Source of the DNA: Psammoneis japonica
Lineage: Eukaryota
DNA: 64,000 nt
Direction: 5' to 3'
Assembly (NCBI GenBank): GCA_008632985.1
Contig: QPGO01000002.1
Location: 620,001-684,000 of the forward strand
This document shows, in pieces, positions 24,593-36,397 of this stretch. The position numbers and the translations under genes were made by a program. Position 1 is the stretch's first letter. Every line of letters begins with the position of its first letter. The notes beneath the pieces are model-generated. The model was given only the letters and a program-made list of their open reading frames with translations. It ran no database searches and was not told the origin of the DNA.

Positions 24593-26104
24593 ATGGCACA
24601 AAATTTTTGTAACACTACTACAATAACAACATTGAAAAAAAACGAAATGAGACTTGAAACTGATAAGCAATCGAGCAGCACCAAAAACAAAAACAGCACC
24701 GACCATCTAGTTGGCGCTGGTGTCATTTGGTCCTTCTGGGAAGGCCCGCCACCGGATTTGGTTTTGCGTTGCTTTGAATCCATTCGCGTTCAAAACCCAT
24801 CGCGTATTTTCATTGTTCTCAGCAAGGACACACTGCCCAAGTATCTCGACAAAGTTGATGACTACCCAATGTTCCACGGGCGCCGCGGAACGGTTGCAGA
24901 TTTTTCCAAAATCCAATACTTGGCTGATTGGGTGCGTCTGACACTGCTGGAAAAGTACGGAGGAATCTGGCTCGACGCTTCGGTGATTTGTACGTCGGCG
25001 GTTGACAATTGGATGGTGACAAAAAAATATAGCGACAAGGATCACGAGGCAACAGAGGAGGTCGACAGAGATATAATCAACATGTTCCCGATGCACGCCA
25101 ACCCCAACATTCATGGGAATTGGGCCATGGCTGCATTGGCTCCAGGGAATCCAGTGATCAAGGCATGGCGAAGGGAAATGAACGATATCTTCAACGAAGC
25201 TGGACCCGACCAAATTCCCACCGAATACATCAACCGCAACATGAATGAGAATCCTACTATCCGCAATCGCTGGAACCATCCTACGGCTCCGCCCCTCCCC
25301 TACTTGTGGGTCTACCTGGCCCTCCAGGTCATTTTGGACCGCCAGCCTACACTGCACTCGCACATTTGCTTGCATTCATGCACAGACGGCCCCATGTATC
25401 GTCGCTTCCAGTACAATATTGTGCAAGGCATTCAAGATGACAGGAAAGTTTCTCAAAAGACAGCGGACCACTTGGCTCTGGAGCCATTTAATCTCGACGG
25501 ACCTGACCGCTGGTTTATCAAGTTGGTCGGCACGGACCGACAACCCGTGCAGGAACACTTGGATAAGAAAACATTCAAGGAAAACAGCGGCATTGCAACG
25601 CTTAGCCAGCTTCGTGCCAGAACGGTCGTTTACGGTACCAATATGCGGACCCTGGCCAATTTGGATCGCGTCCGCGCAGCCGTCCACCTTATCGTCGCCA
25701 CTCGGGCGTTTGAAGAAAAATTACACAAAGACAAAGTTGCTTCTCCAGAAGCTGCTACAAATCTGCGTCGTCCTTCAAGACGCGAGAGCGTCATTATCAA
25801 CTTTGAAATCGAAGATACCTCCATTACAAATGGTTATATGGATGAAGAGAAGGAACAAGATAATTATCAGAAACGCTATCTGAGTAAACGCGACAGCATT
25901 CTGGTAGATTTTGATATTGTTGATGATGACGAGCCTCTCAACGGACCAAAAATGAAGCGCGAAAACATCTGTTTTGATTTCTGCACGAGCCACTCATTGT
26001 TAGAAGACAACAATGACGCATCTTCTACAGAATCTCCTTTAAGGAGCGAGAGCATTTACTCGGACTTTGATGGAGAATCCCCGAACCTGATTACCATTTT
26101 GTAA
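24593..26104 (+). CDS. Glycosyltransferase of the DxD sugar-binding / capsular polysaccharide synthesis type
   Basis: IWSFWEG.PP.LV..C..S and LADWVRLTLLEKYGGIWLDAS. The start may instead be at 24647. Confidence 0.82.
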   Translation: MAQNFCNTTTITTLKKNEMRLETDKQSSSTKNKNSTDHLVGAGVIWSFWEGPPPDLVLRCFESIRVQNPSRIFIVLSKDTLPKYLDKVDDYPMFHGRRGTVADFSKIQYLADWVRLTLLEKYGGIWLDASVICTSAVDNWMVTKKYSDKDHEATEEVDRDIINMFPMHANPNIHGNWAMAALAPGNPVIKAWRREMNDIFNEAGPDQIPTEYINRNMNENPTIRNRWNHPTAPPLPYLWVYLALQVILDRQPTLHSHICLHSCTDGPMYRRFQYNIVQGIQDDRKVSQKTADHLALEPFNLDGPDRWFIKLVGTDRQPVQEHLDKKTFKENSGIATLSQLRARTVVYGTNMRTLANLDRVRAAVHLIVATRAFEEKLHKDKVASPEAATNLRRPSRRESVIINFEIEDTSITNGYMDEEKEQDNYQKRYLSKRDSILVDFDIVDDDEPLNGPKMKRENICFDFCTSHSLLEDNNDASSTESPLRSESIYSDFDGESPNLITIL

Positions 26105-26239
26105 CTCTGTAGAGTAAGAGGTAACAGGCCAAAAATTGTAGAGAACTTTTTTGAGATAGTAACTTTGAGGCTTGAAGCAAAACTACTGCGTCCCTAGTTT
26201 CGAAGCGCTAGAGAAGTTTCTTCAGGAAGTATGACTTGT

Positions 26240-28200
26240 TTCTTGTGATGGTGTTGTTCGCTTTTGCTGTTTGTTGTTGCCGTTCTCCAGTTCATGGTTC
26301 ATGTCATCGTCGATCGTCGAAAGGCGTGTGAGAGTGACGCACAAACACACAGGGAGTTGCATGAAATGTCAAAATTTTCATTTTTCCCTGCAAAAACGCA
26401 CAGAATGTCAGAGAGACCTGCCTGCACGTGAGTGCCGCCACAGTCTGCACGATGCTGCGAAAGTTTGTGCACTTGCCACCAAAACGCTGCTCGCACTTTT
26501 TGCCAGGGGACATGCCACAGACACACAATGTTGCATTTGGCTGCAGGACAAATCCTGTGTTTTTGGGGCTCTGTTTGATTTGACAAAATGTCGAAATTCC
26601 ATGGAAGGTTTCTCAACAATTGCCTTTTTTCCCAACCAGTGCTGAGACAAAATGCCCCCAGAAATGCAGGTGGTTGTGTCTTCACCAGACCCCGCCAAAA
26701 TTTCTCGTTGAGAAGACAACCCACTGGATGGAATGAGAATGTTTAAATGATGTTGCACAGTGCGTGAAAAATGACAACCTGCACTCACTCAATTGGGTTG
26801 GCATGGTGACATCAAGCACTGAAATGAACGACAAAACGGTGCGACAATCGATGATGACGACACCTTCTATCGGTGCCTGCCTGTGCGCTCATTTTCCACT
26901 GCACTCAAATTTGTACATCCACACATACATCATAAGCAGTTGCCATGAGCACATCACGTTGTCGGTCACGGCGTTTCTGCACGCATGATGATGCGCATGG
27001 CACCGCACGACTGCAAGAGACGCCGTTGAGTTCCCTTCTCGATCCCGAACTCCGATTTGAACCAGTCACGACTGTCTCAACCTCATCGCTTCGTGCGATG
27101 GTACAATTTCAAATTCAAACCCGCCAAATAGCTCCAACCGCCAAAACCAAAAAAGGCCTCTTGGGGGGGACTGGGGCTGGAGACTATTTTGGATTGTTGT
27201 CGTTCAAGATTCCCTTGCATGCCGTTCCAAAAGCGTTCCAAAAGCGTTCCAAAAGCGTTCCGAGAACGTTCTCATGTGCACTAATTCACGCGGAAATCAA
27301 ACTTTGGAGCCGGTCAATTCGCCAATGAGACATGTGATGCATTGCAATCAGTGCACTGTTGTTAGAACCATTTGAGTGTGGCACAACAGTGTAAAAGTTT
27401 AACAGATTATATGGATTTATTGCAAAAAGGTGCACCCGTCAAAACAGGTTTCTATTTTCTCTAAGAAAAAGAACGGCTGGCAGAAGTCTCAACAATTTTG
27501 AGTTGCAGTGGCTGTGAGTTGAACTGCGAGGGTGTGTTGTAACTGCCAGTGTTGTTTGACAACAAACCACATCTACAACAACCGCCAACAGCTCCAACAC
27601 GGAAATGCCATTCGACGAAATGGGCATTTCGTCATTCCCGTGTTTCCACCGTTCCGGGACCGCACCAAAAGCGTTCCGAAACCGCACCAAAAGCGTTCCC
27701 GAAGGGAATCTCTCTAAAAGGCCTAACATCAAAACATTGTTTTTAGACGTTGGAAACGAATGAGAACCCTGCCCGATGATGCATGGAACCATCAATCCAC
27801 CTGCGGCAACAAAAACACTGCTGTGTGGCAACAGCGCGGCATCAATCATTTTAGCACAGTGCAAAATGTCAAATGCGCAACACACGACTGCACTGCTCAC
27901 CATGCAAATGCGCCTGCCCAGAGCCACAGTAGATTGTCTTGCAAGGACAGTCATTCAGAGGCAGACAAGATCGGAATGGATTTGGAACCAATGGGTTCGC
28001 GTCACACTTGAGCACTTTGCAGGACACACAGCAGTGTGCGAGTTGTGGGGCCTTCTTCAAGATGAAGGCAACCTTTCTCATGGGTTCCTGCCCACTCACT
28101 TGTTGTGTGCCCTTGTTTTCTGAATCTGCATTGTTCTGAAACCATTTTGCCGGGAATCTGTGGTGGAGCACACGAAGACACGACAAGAAAATGGTTTTGT
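26240..28200. mobile_element. TpA-depleted domain 3 with short internal repeats (repeat/TE relic)
   Basis: TA is rare and CpG partly retained. An 11-bp unit ccaaaagcgtt is repeated at 27223-27261 and again at 27650-27700. Confidence 0.6.
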
Positions 28201-28715
28201 GTCGGAGTGGAGTTAATTGTAAATCTGGACTTGTTGCGTACCATCATTCCAATCTCTTTTTGAAAATCAACGTACTGGCATTAGCTTCACCATCTTATCA
28301 TCTTAGATTGACTGGTAACACAGGTTTATGGATGATAATGGCATGCACGGTGACGGTGGACGGCACTGACTTTCGCTTCGCATCAACGAACCATCGCCGC
28401 GTTCGCCGTTCGACCCCATCTTCTATCTGGTGTCTGGTGTTCGCATAGCCCAAAATGCAACGTTTTAGGGGATGTGTAAAATGAATTATCGTCACGAAAA
28501 AACACGAAAAACCACGAAAAACAGGGAAAAACGAAAATTTCGACATTTCATGCAACTCCCAGACAAAATTTGGCGCATGCGTCATCCCACCTTTTATTTT
28601 CGCGCGGGAAAAGATGACGTGAGATTTCCCACCGACATCACGACCAAAAGCAACAGCATCTTTCTCGTTGATGCGGCTGGATAGGCAAAAGGAGGCAGAC
28701 AATTGGCAATTGACA

Positions 28716-30495
28716 ATGATAGCACGATCCATATTACCTCAGGGCGCCACGCTTGGGTCGTTTTCTCGACGTGCCTTTAGTTCCCGCAATGTCCTGCGCC
28801 TGAATCCTGTTCCCATCACTGGAACACGGACCAAAATCGTGTGCACACTTGGACCCGCCTCGGACAGTGCGGAAAAAGTTGGAGAACTCATCTCCAACGG
28901 CATGCACGTGGCTCGTCTCAATTTTTCTCATGCCGGGACGGACTACACCTATCCCGAAACACTCTTGGATCTAGTGAGAAACACTCGAGGTCGGCATGAA
29001 GAACTCAATACGGGAGCAACGAGCAATGTGAAAATGCCCAAGAACTTGAGAGCCATCTTGGTGGATACCAAGGGCCCAGAGATTCGTACAGGCCCATTGC
29101 AGGGAAATGCTGAGGTTGCTGAAATTGGTATTGATGCTCAAGTCGAGTTGACAATTCTAGACGTATCATCCGACGAGGCACCCGAAACGCCTCAAGGACC
29201 ACACCGTATTCAAGTTGACTACAAGTCGATTGCCAAAACACTACAAGAGGGCAGTGTCGTTTTACTAGATGACGGATTACTCGCTTTGGAAGTCACTGAC
29301 GTTGATCCAAATCAAGAATTTGTGACTTGCAGAGCCATGAATGCTGGACCAATCAAGAAAAACAAGGGTGTAAACTTGCCAGATGCCGAACTAGATTTAC
29401 CGGCGCTCACCGAGAAGGACAAGGCTGATTTAAAGTGGGCGTGTAAGGCCGGTGCCGATTTTGTCGCTGCAAGTTTCATTCGTACCGCTGGAAACGTTCG
29501 TTCCGTGATTAGCTTTTTGGATCGTTGTGTAGCTGAACTACCGCCGGCCGCCGATGGTAAACATCCGATCCGACCGTTGGTAGTGTCAAAGATAGAATCA
29601 AAAGAAGGGGTGGACAACTTCATGGAGATTCTCGAAGAAAGTGACGGCATCATGGTTGCTCGTGGAGATTTAGGTAAGTCTAGTCCGCGGCATTGTCATT
29701 CTATCATCCATTGATAGCCATTCTCACGCATGCTTGCTCGCATCGATAAAAACTTGCTCGACTGCAGGTGTTGAGATTCCCTATAGCAAGGTGTTTGCAG
29801 CTCAAAAGAATATGGTGAAAGCTTGCAACAGTGTTGGCAAGCCCGTCATTGTAGCAACGCAAATGTTGGACTCGATGCAACGAAATCCAAGACCAACTCG
29901 AGCAGAAGTGACAGATGTAGGTACCGCGGTGCTAGATGGAACTGACGCCGTCATGTTGAGTGGCGAAAGTGCGGCCGGAGCATATCCTATTGAAAGTCTC
30001 AAAGCAATGGGGAGCATCGTTGTCGATGCCGACAAGATTTACGACGCCTTGGAACTCAGCATTGAGAAGAAAAAGCCCCATATCGGTCCAATGGATGAAG
30101 AACTGGAAGCTATTTGCGCTTCAGCTGTTCGGAGTGCCAAGGATATGAATGCAAAGCTCATTATTACCATTACCACCTCGGGAAAGACAGCAAAAGCTCT
30201 CGCACTCCAAAAACCCACCGTCCCAGTACTTGCGTTCTGTACAGATGCACAAGTAGGTAGGCGCTTACAGTTACACCGTGCTATCCACCCAATCATGCTC
30301 CAGGGTGATGTGAAACCCCTATCATCCAAAACAATAATGAGCCATCTTCGCGCAGAGGCAATTCGGACGGCAAAGGAGCTTGGGTTCGTCAAAGCCGGCG
30401 ACCGTATCGTAGCGGTTGACCGAACCAAGGGAAAGCCACACGAGCCTCACCAGTATGCTCACAACATGCAAGTGGCAACAATCAAGGATATGTAA
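28716..30495 (+). CDS. PK: Pyruvate kinase, predicted mitochondrial (intron 29674-29767)
   Basis: [64 protein letters not shown]. The N-terminus is Arg/Ser-rich and acid-free (RRAFSS). Confidence 0.95.
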
Positions 30496-30742
30496 TTTAC
30501 ATGCAATAAAGTGTTTTCAGTTTCTACTAGGGGACCAATAATGCTCATATCTTGGGTACTATCATAGTATATTTCTGTCTCTCTCACTCTCTAGTAGAGA
30601 GTAGAGAGCGAGCGGTTTCAAAGTCTAACTACTTTTCGGTTCATTCCCGAGTCCGACTCGTGCAATCGAATGAGTCAATAGCCATTTCCGCTTTCCGCTA
30701 CTATCTCTCTCATTATTTGAGTCAGCATACCATAGGGCGACC

Positions 30743-31669
30743 ATGACAACAACAACAGCGGCAGCAGCAGCGGAAGCATCCGAGAAGCAGCAACCTGGCC
30801 AGTCCAATGAATCTGAAACAAAAGTACTCAGTATCAATGTAGATTGTGATGATTTGGGACACCGACATGGAAACTTTCATAAATACTATGACTTTCACCC
30901 ACCCTCGACGCGGATGGAATTGCTGCACAACACTGGGGTCTTTGAATTCATTGCCAAGCGGTGGAAAGAGCAACATCAGGGTAACAAAAATAATAAACGT
31001 CGTCGCCTTGAGAAGAATTCTTTGAAGAAAGTTCAGGGAAAAGATGCAGATGGGCCGGTATTTTCATATGGAGACGTTGGATGCAACGAGGGAGCTTTGA
31101 CGATTGAAATTGCTAGTGCCATTCATAAAGCACTAGACGAAGAACCGGTGGAGTTTACAGGCATTGATATTGATGACGTTCTCATATCGCGTGCAAAAAG
31201 TAATCTCAGTACTCACAATATCAAAGGGAAATTCATGTTGGCAGATGTTTGTAATCCAAACGAGTTTGATTGCGCATTTCCGAAAATGGTAGATTTCATG
31301 TCAGTTTTGAGCACAACCATGTGGATTCATGTACACGGCGGCGATGAGGGCTTGCGCAATGCGTTACAACGGATATGTTCAAAGACACGGTATTTCTTGT
31401 TGATTGAGCCGCAGCCGTCGAAATGTTATCGAAAGGCAGTAGTTCGGTTGCGAAAACTGGGGCGGCCACAGCTTGACGTATCTGAGGCTCGCCTCAAGAT
31501 GCGTCCAAAGATTGAAGAGGAAATTCAGACAATGTTAAATGAATTCGGATTTCAACCCGTTAACAGCTGTGGGAAGGAATCAGAGGGCATGGCAGCCAGT
31601 ACCAAACGAACCAAATGGAATCGTGCCTTGCAACTTTATGAGCGAGTGTCTCCTTCGCCATCTGTGTAA
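30743..31669 (+). CDS. Bin3/BCDIN3D-type RNA methyltransferase
   Basis: GNFHKYY.F, DVGCNEG.LT, GIDID..LI.RA, LSTTMWIH..GDEGL, IEPQP.KCY. Confidence 0.88.
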   Translation: MTTTTAAAAAEASEKQQPGQSNESETKVLSINVDCDDLGHRHGNFHKYYDFHPPSTRMELLHNTGVFEFIAKRWKEQHQGNKNNKRRRLEKNSLKKVQGKDADGPVFSYGDVGCNEGALTIEIASAIHKALDEEPVEFTGIDIDDVLISRAKSNLSTHNIKGKFMLADVCNPNEFDCAFPKMVDFMSVLSTTMWIHVHGGDEGLRNALQRICSKTRYFLLIEPQPSKCYRKAVVRLRKLGRPQLDVSEARLKMRPKIEEEIQTMLNEFGFQPVNSCGKESEGMAASTKRTKWNRALQLYERVSPSPSV

Positions 31670-31762
31670 ACGTAATCCCATAACCATAAGCCAAGGCTAT
31701 ACACACTCGCCTCCTTCCTCACGATCCTTGGCGCATGCATCAGAGTGAGAATCAAACACACC

Positions 31763-32992
31763 TTACCGGTCAGACTCTTGCCGCCGCACCACTTTGCTCT
31801 CATTTAGGCTATTCATTGCTTTCGAAATCTCTGCAGTTTTTTTATTTTCCGCACTGTGAACATCGTCCTTATTCTCGTCAATATCAATTCTCAGAGCGTT
31901 GGTGTGTCTCAATTCATTGTACAGGTAATAGGCAAAGCCACTCGTGGAGTGGATGACAGCGTCGCACCGCCTGACCAAACGAAAAATGGAGAGAATAACA
32001 ATCACTTCCAGTTTTGGATTATTGGATGGCGTTTGGTTTTCAAAACCACCTTGTGAACCTCGATGTCGCGGTCGATCCAAGTAGACCCACTTGAATTCCG
32101 GGAATTGTGATGTCGCTTCATCAATGGCATTCTGATCATCCGTCAAGAGGAAAATGGAGCGGTTCGATAAGGAATGGTTGTGCTCCTGGGCTGCGTCGAC
32201 GTATTCTTGAATGGCATGGTATTTACGCGCTTGACCCCTTGGATGCAACACCACGTCGCTTCTGCGAACATGAATGGCTGTACAAGGCGAAGTCAAGTTC
32301 ACCGTTTTGGAGTACTCGTAGATGGCTCGTCTCAACCAGGTCTGAGGACGGGACGCATATTCGTAAGCCCACGCTGCTCGCAAGTTAACAATATGAGCGA
32401 CTTCCTTGGAAGCTAGTCCGTGAATAATCCTTTCTTTTTTAGGTTCTTTTGGAACAACGCATGCGGAGATTGGAAGGAAAAAGCAACTCATGTCTTTTTT
32501 CGGACACACCGGATGGTCCCCCTTTTTTGTTGCTGCGTAGTGCCAATGTCTCTTTTTGTATATATCCACGGGCTCATTGCTCTCGAGAGCATACAGTAGA
32601 CCATCAACGACGTTGAAGTAATCCGCTCCCCATCCTGACGACCACAACTGCTTGAAAGTCATGTTTTGGCAGTTTCCCTCAAACTGGACCTTGTACAAGT
32701 CACGAAAAAATGTAGCTTTTTCTGTATTATCCATGCGAGAAAAACAATAATGCGTATCGTTTTCATAAGAAGCGGACCAGTCAGCATTATGAGTCCACCA
32801 ACAGTCTAAATTGACGTCCCATTCGACACAGAACGACGAGTTGTTGTGGGCGACATTACAGACTGCGTGTTGAGGATCGAGGTATGGAGCTGTATACTCT
32901 GATACTGTAATTCTTATGCCGTTGAGTTGAACCAGAAACAGAATTCCAGCTAGAATCGATGCGGTACGAATAGCGCATCGTATCGAAACCAT
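31763..32992 (-). CDS. Alpha-1,6-fucosyltransferase-like (GT23-type) membrane protein, paralogue 1
   Basis: N-terminal anchor, SSGWGAD, AIHVRRSD, IFLLTDD, HSTSGF. Confidence 0.75.
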   Translation of the reverse strand: MVSIRCAIRTASILAGILFLVQLNGIRITVSEYTAPYLDPQHAVCNVAHNNSSFCVEWDVNLDCWWTHNADWSASYENDTHYCFSRMDNTEKATFFRDLYKVQFEGNCQNMTFKQLWSSGWGADYFNVVDGLLYALESNEPVDIYKKRHWHYAATKKGDHPVCPKKDMSCFFLPISACVVPKEPKKERIIHGLASKEVAHIVNLRAAWAYEYASRPQTWLRRAIYEYSKTVNLTSPCTAIHVRRSDVVLHPRGQARKYHAIQEYVDAAQEHNHSLSNRSIFLLTDDQNAIDEATSQFPEFKWVYLDRPRHRGSQGGFENQTPSNNPKLEVIVILSIFRLVRRCDAVIHSTSGFAYYLYNELRHTNALRIDIDENKDDVHSAENKKTAEISKAMNSLNESKVVRRQESDR

Positions 32993-33440
32993 TGTCGAGG
33001 GCCCACTGGAGATTTGCCTATCGCTCTCCCATTTTCAATCTCCTCATCTCTCCCGCACCTCGCATTTTATTACTTCGTGTAGGCCCTAGGAACCTATCAC
33101 GATGCTGTGTGCCTACAACGACGGATTTCATCGATTTTGGGGTTGAACTTGTGAAAACGGAGATAAACGACAGAAACCCAAAATTGAAAATCACCAAAAC
33201 GCCCGGCCGAGACCTCTGAGCGAGACACCAGAACAAAAAAAAGATACGGTAGCAGATAGTCGTACGGTAGCTGGTAGTGGAAGTGAAGCTACTTGCTAAT
33301 CTAGAGACAGGCCTGACAATGGGTGTTGTCGGATCAACCGTCAAGACATGTATTGAATGCTATAGGTTAAGAATAGCTATCAGGGACAGGAGAAAGGACA
33401 AGATGGATATGCTTGACATTTGAAGACGAACCATGCGCTG

Positions 33441-34640
33441 TTAATTCGGCGTGGTGGCATTTATGGAATTGTTGAAACTGCGCACGCCTTCTTTCCCGTT
33501 GTCAATATTGATTTGCATAGAGTCGCTCATATAGTGCCAGATGTAGCTGGCAAAGTTACTGGTAGAGTGAATGAGTGTATCACATTTTTGAACCAGACGA
33601 AAAATGGATAGCATGACGATCACCTCCAGTTTCGGATCCTTGGATGGGGTCTGGTTTTCCCATCCTCCTTCAGTGCCACGATGGCGTGGTCTATCCAAAT
33701 AGACCCACTTATAATCAGGATATCGAGAATGTGCTTCTTCGATTGCATTTTGATCGTCGGTCAGCAGAAAAATGCTTCGATCATTTCTGTGTAAAGAACG
33801 ATTTCGTTCCGTAGCTGCCTCAATGTACTCTTGAATCTCGTGGTACTTTCGTGAAAACTTGCCGTGCAGGACCACATCAGCTCGACGGACATGAATGGCC
33901 GCACACGGTGAGGGTAGATTTACGGAATTGGTGGAGTATTCATAAACGGCGCGTCTCAACCAGGTTTGTGGGCGGGTAGCATACTCGTATACCCAGCCCG
34001 CCATGGGCTGCTGAATACGCGGGGAATGATTTTTCGCAAGAAGATCATTCACCACTTTCTCTCTAGGAATATCATCTGGTACCTCACAAGATGATATATT
34101 CAGAAAGTAACATGACATATCCTTTCTCGGGCACACCGGGTTGCTACCATCCTGTTTGTTTGCCGCATAATGCCAGTGCTGTATGTCATGCAATTCTACA
34201 GGTTGCTTCGTTTCGAAGGCAAAGAGAAGTCCATCGTTCACATTTAAAAAGTCAGCTCCCCACCCCGACGACCACATCTGTTTGATTACAAGTGTAGAAC
34301 AGTTCCCGTTGTGTTGAATGTCGTGCAGTTCCCGCATGAAACTTGCTTTGGCTTCGTCTTCCATGGGCGATAAGCAATAGTGCGTGTCGTTCTCCAACGA
34401 TACAAACCAGTCAGGATTGCTGGTCCACCAGCCATCAATGTTCTTTTCCCACTCTACACAGAAAGCCGTTGTTTGATTTCCTTTTGGCATTTGATTGATG
34501 ATGGCGGAAAATTCACGGTCGCCACTGGATGCAAAGACTGCAAAGATGTGACGCGCTCTCGTGTTGATAAGAGTCGAAAGACTGATCACAACGACAACAG
34601 CAGCTATCAAGATTGCTGTCTTTGGTGATGATAATGGCAT
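33441..34640 (-). CDS. Alpha-1,6-fucosyltransferase-like protein, paralogue 2
   Basis: Same motifs (AIHVRRAD, IFLLTDD, HSTSNF). The likely start MPLSSPK precedes a TM helix. Confidence 0.75.
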   Translation of the reverse strand: MPLSSPKTAILIAAVVVVISLSTLINTRARHIFAVFASSGDREFSAIINQMPKGNQTTAFCVEWEKNIDGWWTSNPDWFVSLENDTHYCLSPMEDEAKASFMRELHDIQHNGNCSTLVIKQMWSSGWGADFLNVNDGLLFAFETKQPVELHDIQHWHYAANKQDGSNPVCPRKDMSCYFLNISSCEVPDDIPREKVVNDLLAKNHSPRIQQPMAGWVYEYATRPQTWLRRAVYEYSTNSVNLPSPCAAIHVRRADVVLHGKFSRKYHEIQEYIEAATERNRSLHRNDRSIFLLTDDQNAIEEAHSRYPDYKWVYLDRPRHRGTEGGWENQTPSKDPKLEVIVMLSIFRLVQKCDTLIHSTSNFASYIWHYMSDSMQINIDNGKEGVRSFNNSINATTPN

Positions 34641-35147
34641 GATGATGAATGGAAGGTACAGTTGGTATGCGGTGGATGCGGGTTTTGCCTGTTGCGCCTG
34701 TTGCGTGTGTTTGCTTGAGCGCCCCCCGATGATGAGGGGTGCGGTGCTGATGCCTGCCGTGATGGCGGCTCTAGACTCTATGTAGAGTGAAGCAACGATA
34801 ACAACGCGTTTATGTGAAACCACATGTTTGAAGGCTTTCATAATTGGCCACATCTATGTCTTCGAATGTTTTGATGTATTGTAAGAAGAAACGACAACGG
34901 CAATTGTTTGGATCGCGGAATATAATTTAGCTACAGAACTTATAAATAAAAAATTCAAGGCGAATCACGTTTGGAAGATCATTGTCACATTCAGAGATGA
35001 TGAAATGAATAAATGACCCGTGGGTCAATCGCTCACAAAATCGTAACACCGCGAAACAATGATGACTGACTCCGTTGTTGTGAATCGTACCATTGCACCT
35101 CAAAGAACGTAATATGGTTTTTCAAAAGCCATTTGAGAACAATAAAT

Positions 35148-36344
35148 ATGAAAACTTCCTTGCGCCACACTCTGATCATGTTAATCACGTTAAATGTCAT
35201 CCCTGTGGTGAGATTGATAAGATTGATGCGGCTTCATACCAATACCGAGTTCAAGGAGGAAACGGAAATGATGGAACCTGCTGAGAGAGTCACAACCAAG
35301 CCGGTTGTTAATGACACGCCTTCAATATGTGCATCATGGGACCAAAACATGGATAAGTGGTGGGGCAGCCACCCTGATTGGAGTCTGACGTTTGAAAATG
35401 ACACGCACTACTGTTTTGCTCCGATGGAAGACAAGGCCAAGGCAAAGTTCTTTCGAAGACTGCATGACGTCCAGCAAAATGGAAACTGCTCTAGACTGAT
35501 TGTAAAAGAAATGTGGTCCTCGGGATGGGGTGCAGATTTTGGTAACGTAAACGATGCCCTTCTTTTTGCGCTCGAGTCGAAATTTCCAGTCCAGATGCAT
35601 ACATTGAACCAATGGCATTATGCAGCAAACAAAAAGGATGGCAGCCGACCCGTATGCCCTAGAAAAGATCTGTCATGCTATTTCCTAAACATTTCTGCTT
35701 GCGAGGTACCAGCTGATATCCATATTACCAGAGAAAATTTTGTCAACGGAATGATTGCGAGGAAGCGCTCTTTCTATTTCAGGAGACGTAAAGCAAGATG
35801 GGCATACGAATATGCTACCCGGCAGCAAACATGGCTTCGACGTGCTGTTTACGAGTACTCTGCCAAAATCAAACTGTCGTCACCATGTGCTGCGATGCAT
35901 GTGCGTAGAAGCGATGTTGCGTTACACGGCAATTGGTCAAGGAAGTATCACGAGATTCAAGAATACGTTGATGCTGCCGCGCAACACAACCTTTCTTTAC
36001 ACAATCGATCCATCTTTCTTCTGACAGACGATCAAAATGCCGTCGATGAAGCAATATCGCAATTTCCGTACTACAAGTGGGTTTATCTTGATAGACCGCG
36101 TCACCGTGGTGCCGAGGGAGGGTGGGAAAACCAAATCCCTTCCAACGATCCGAAACAGGAGGTTCTAGCGATTCTTGCGACGTTTCGTCTTGTCCAACAA
36201 TGCGATGCGCTCATCCACTCCACCAGTAGCTTTTCTCATTTTCTCTGGCACTACATGAAAGATCCTGTGCGCATCAACCTTGATCTAGGAAAAGAAGACG
36301 AGGTTGTGTACAACTCAAAGTATTCCAAAAAGCGGCCAACCTAA
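35148..36344 (+). CDS. Alpha-1,6-fucosyltransferase-like protein, paralogue 3
   Basis: Same motifs (AMHVRRSD, IFLLTDD, HSTSSF). Confidence 0.75.
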   Translation: MKTSLRHTLIMLITLNVIPVVRLIRLMRLHTNTEFKEETEMMEPAERVTTKPVVNDTPSICASWDQNMDKWWGSHPDWSLTFENDTHYCFAPMEDKAKAKFFRRLHDVQQNGNCSRLIVKEMWSSGWGADFGNVNDALLFALESKFPVQMHTLNQWHYAANKKDGSRPVCPRKDLSCYFLNISACEVPADIHITRENFVNGMIARKRSFYFRRRKARWAYEYATRQQTWLRRAVYEYSAKIKLSSPCAAMHVRRSDVALHGNWSRKYHEIQEYVDAAAQHNLSLHNRSIFLLTDDQNAVDEAISQFPYYKWVYLDRPRHRGAEGGWENQIPSNDPKQEVLAILATFRLVQQCDALIHSTSSFSHFLWHYMKDPVRINLDLGKEDEVVYNSKYSKKRPT

Positions 36345-36397
36345 CAAGCGTGAAAGAATCGCAGGCGACTGAATCAAATGCATATATGATATTATCT

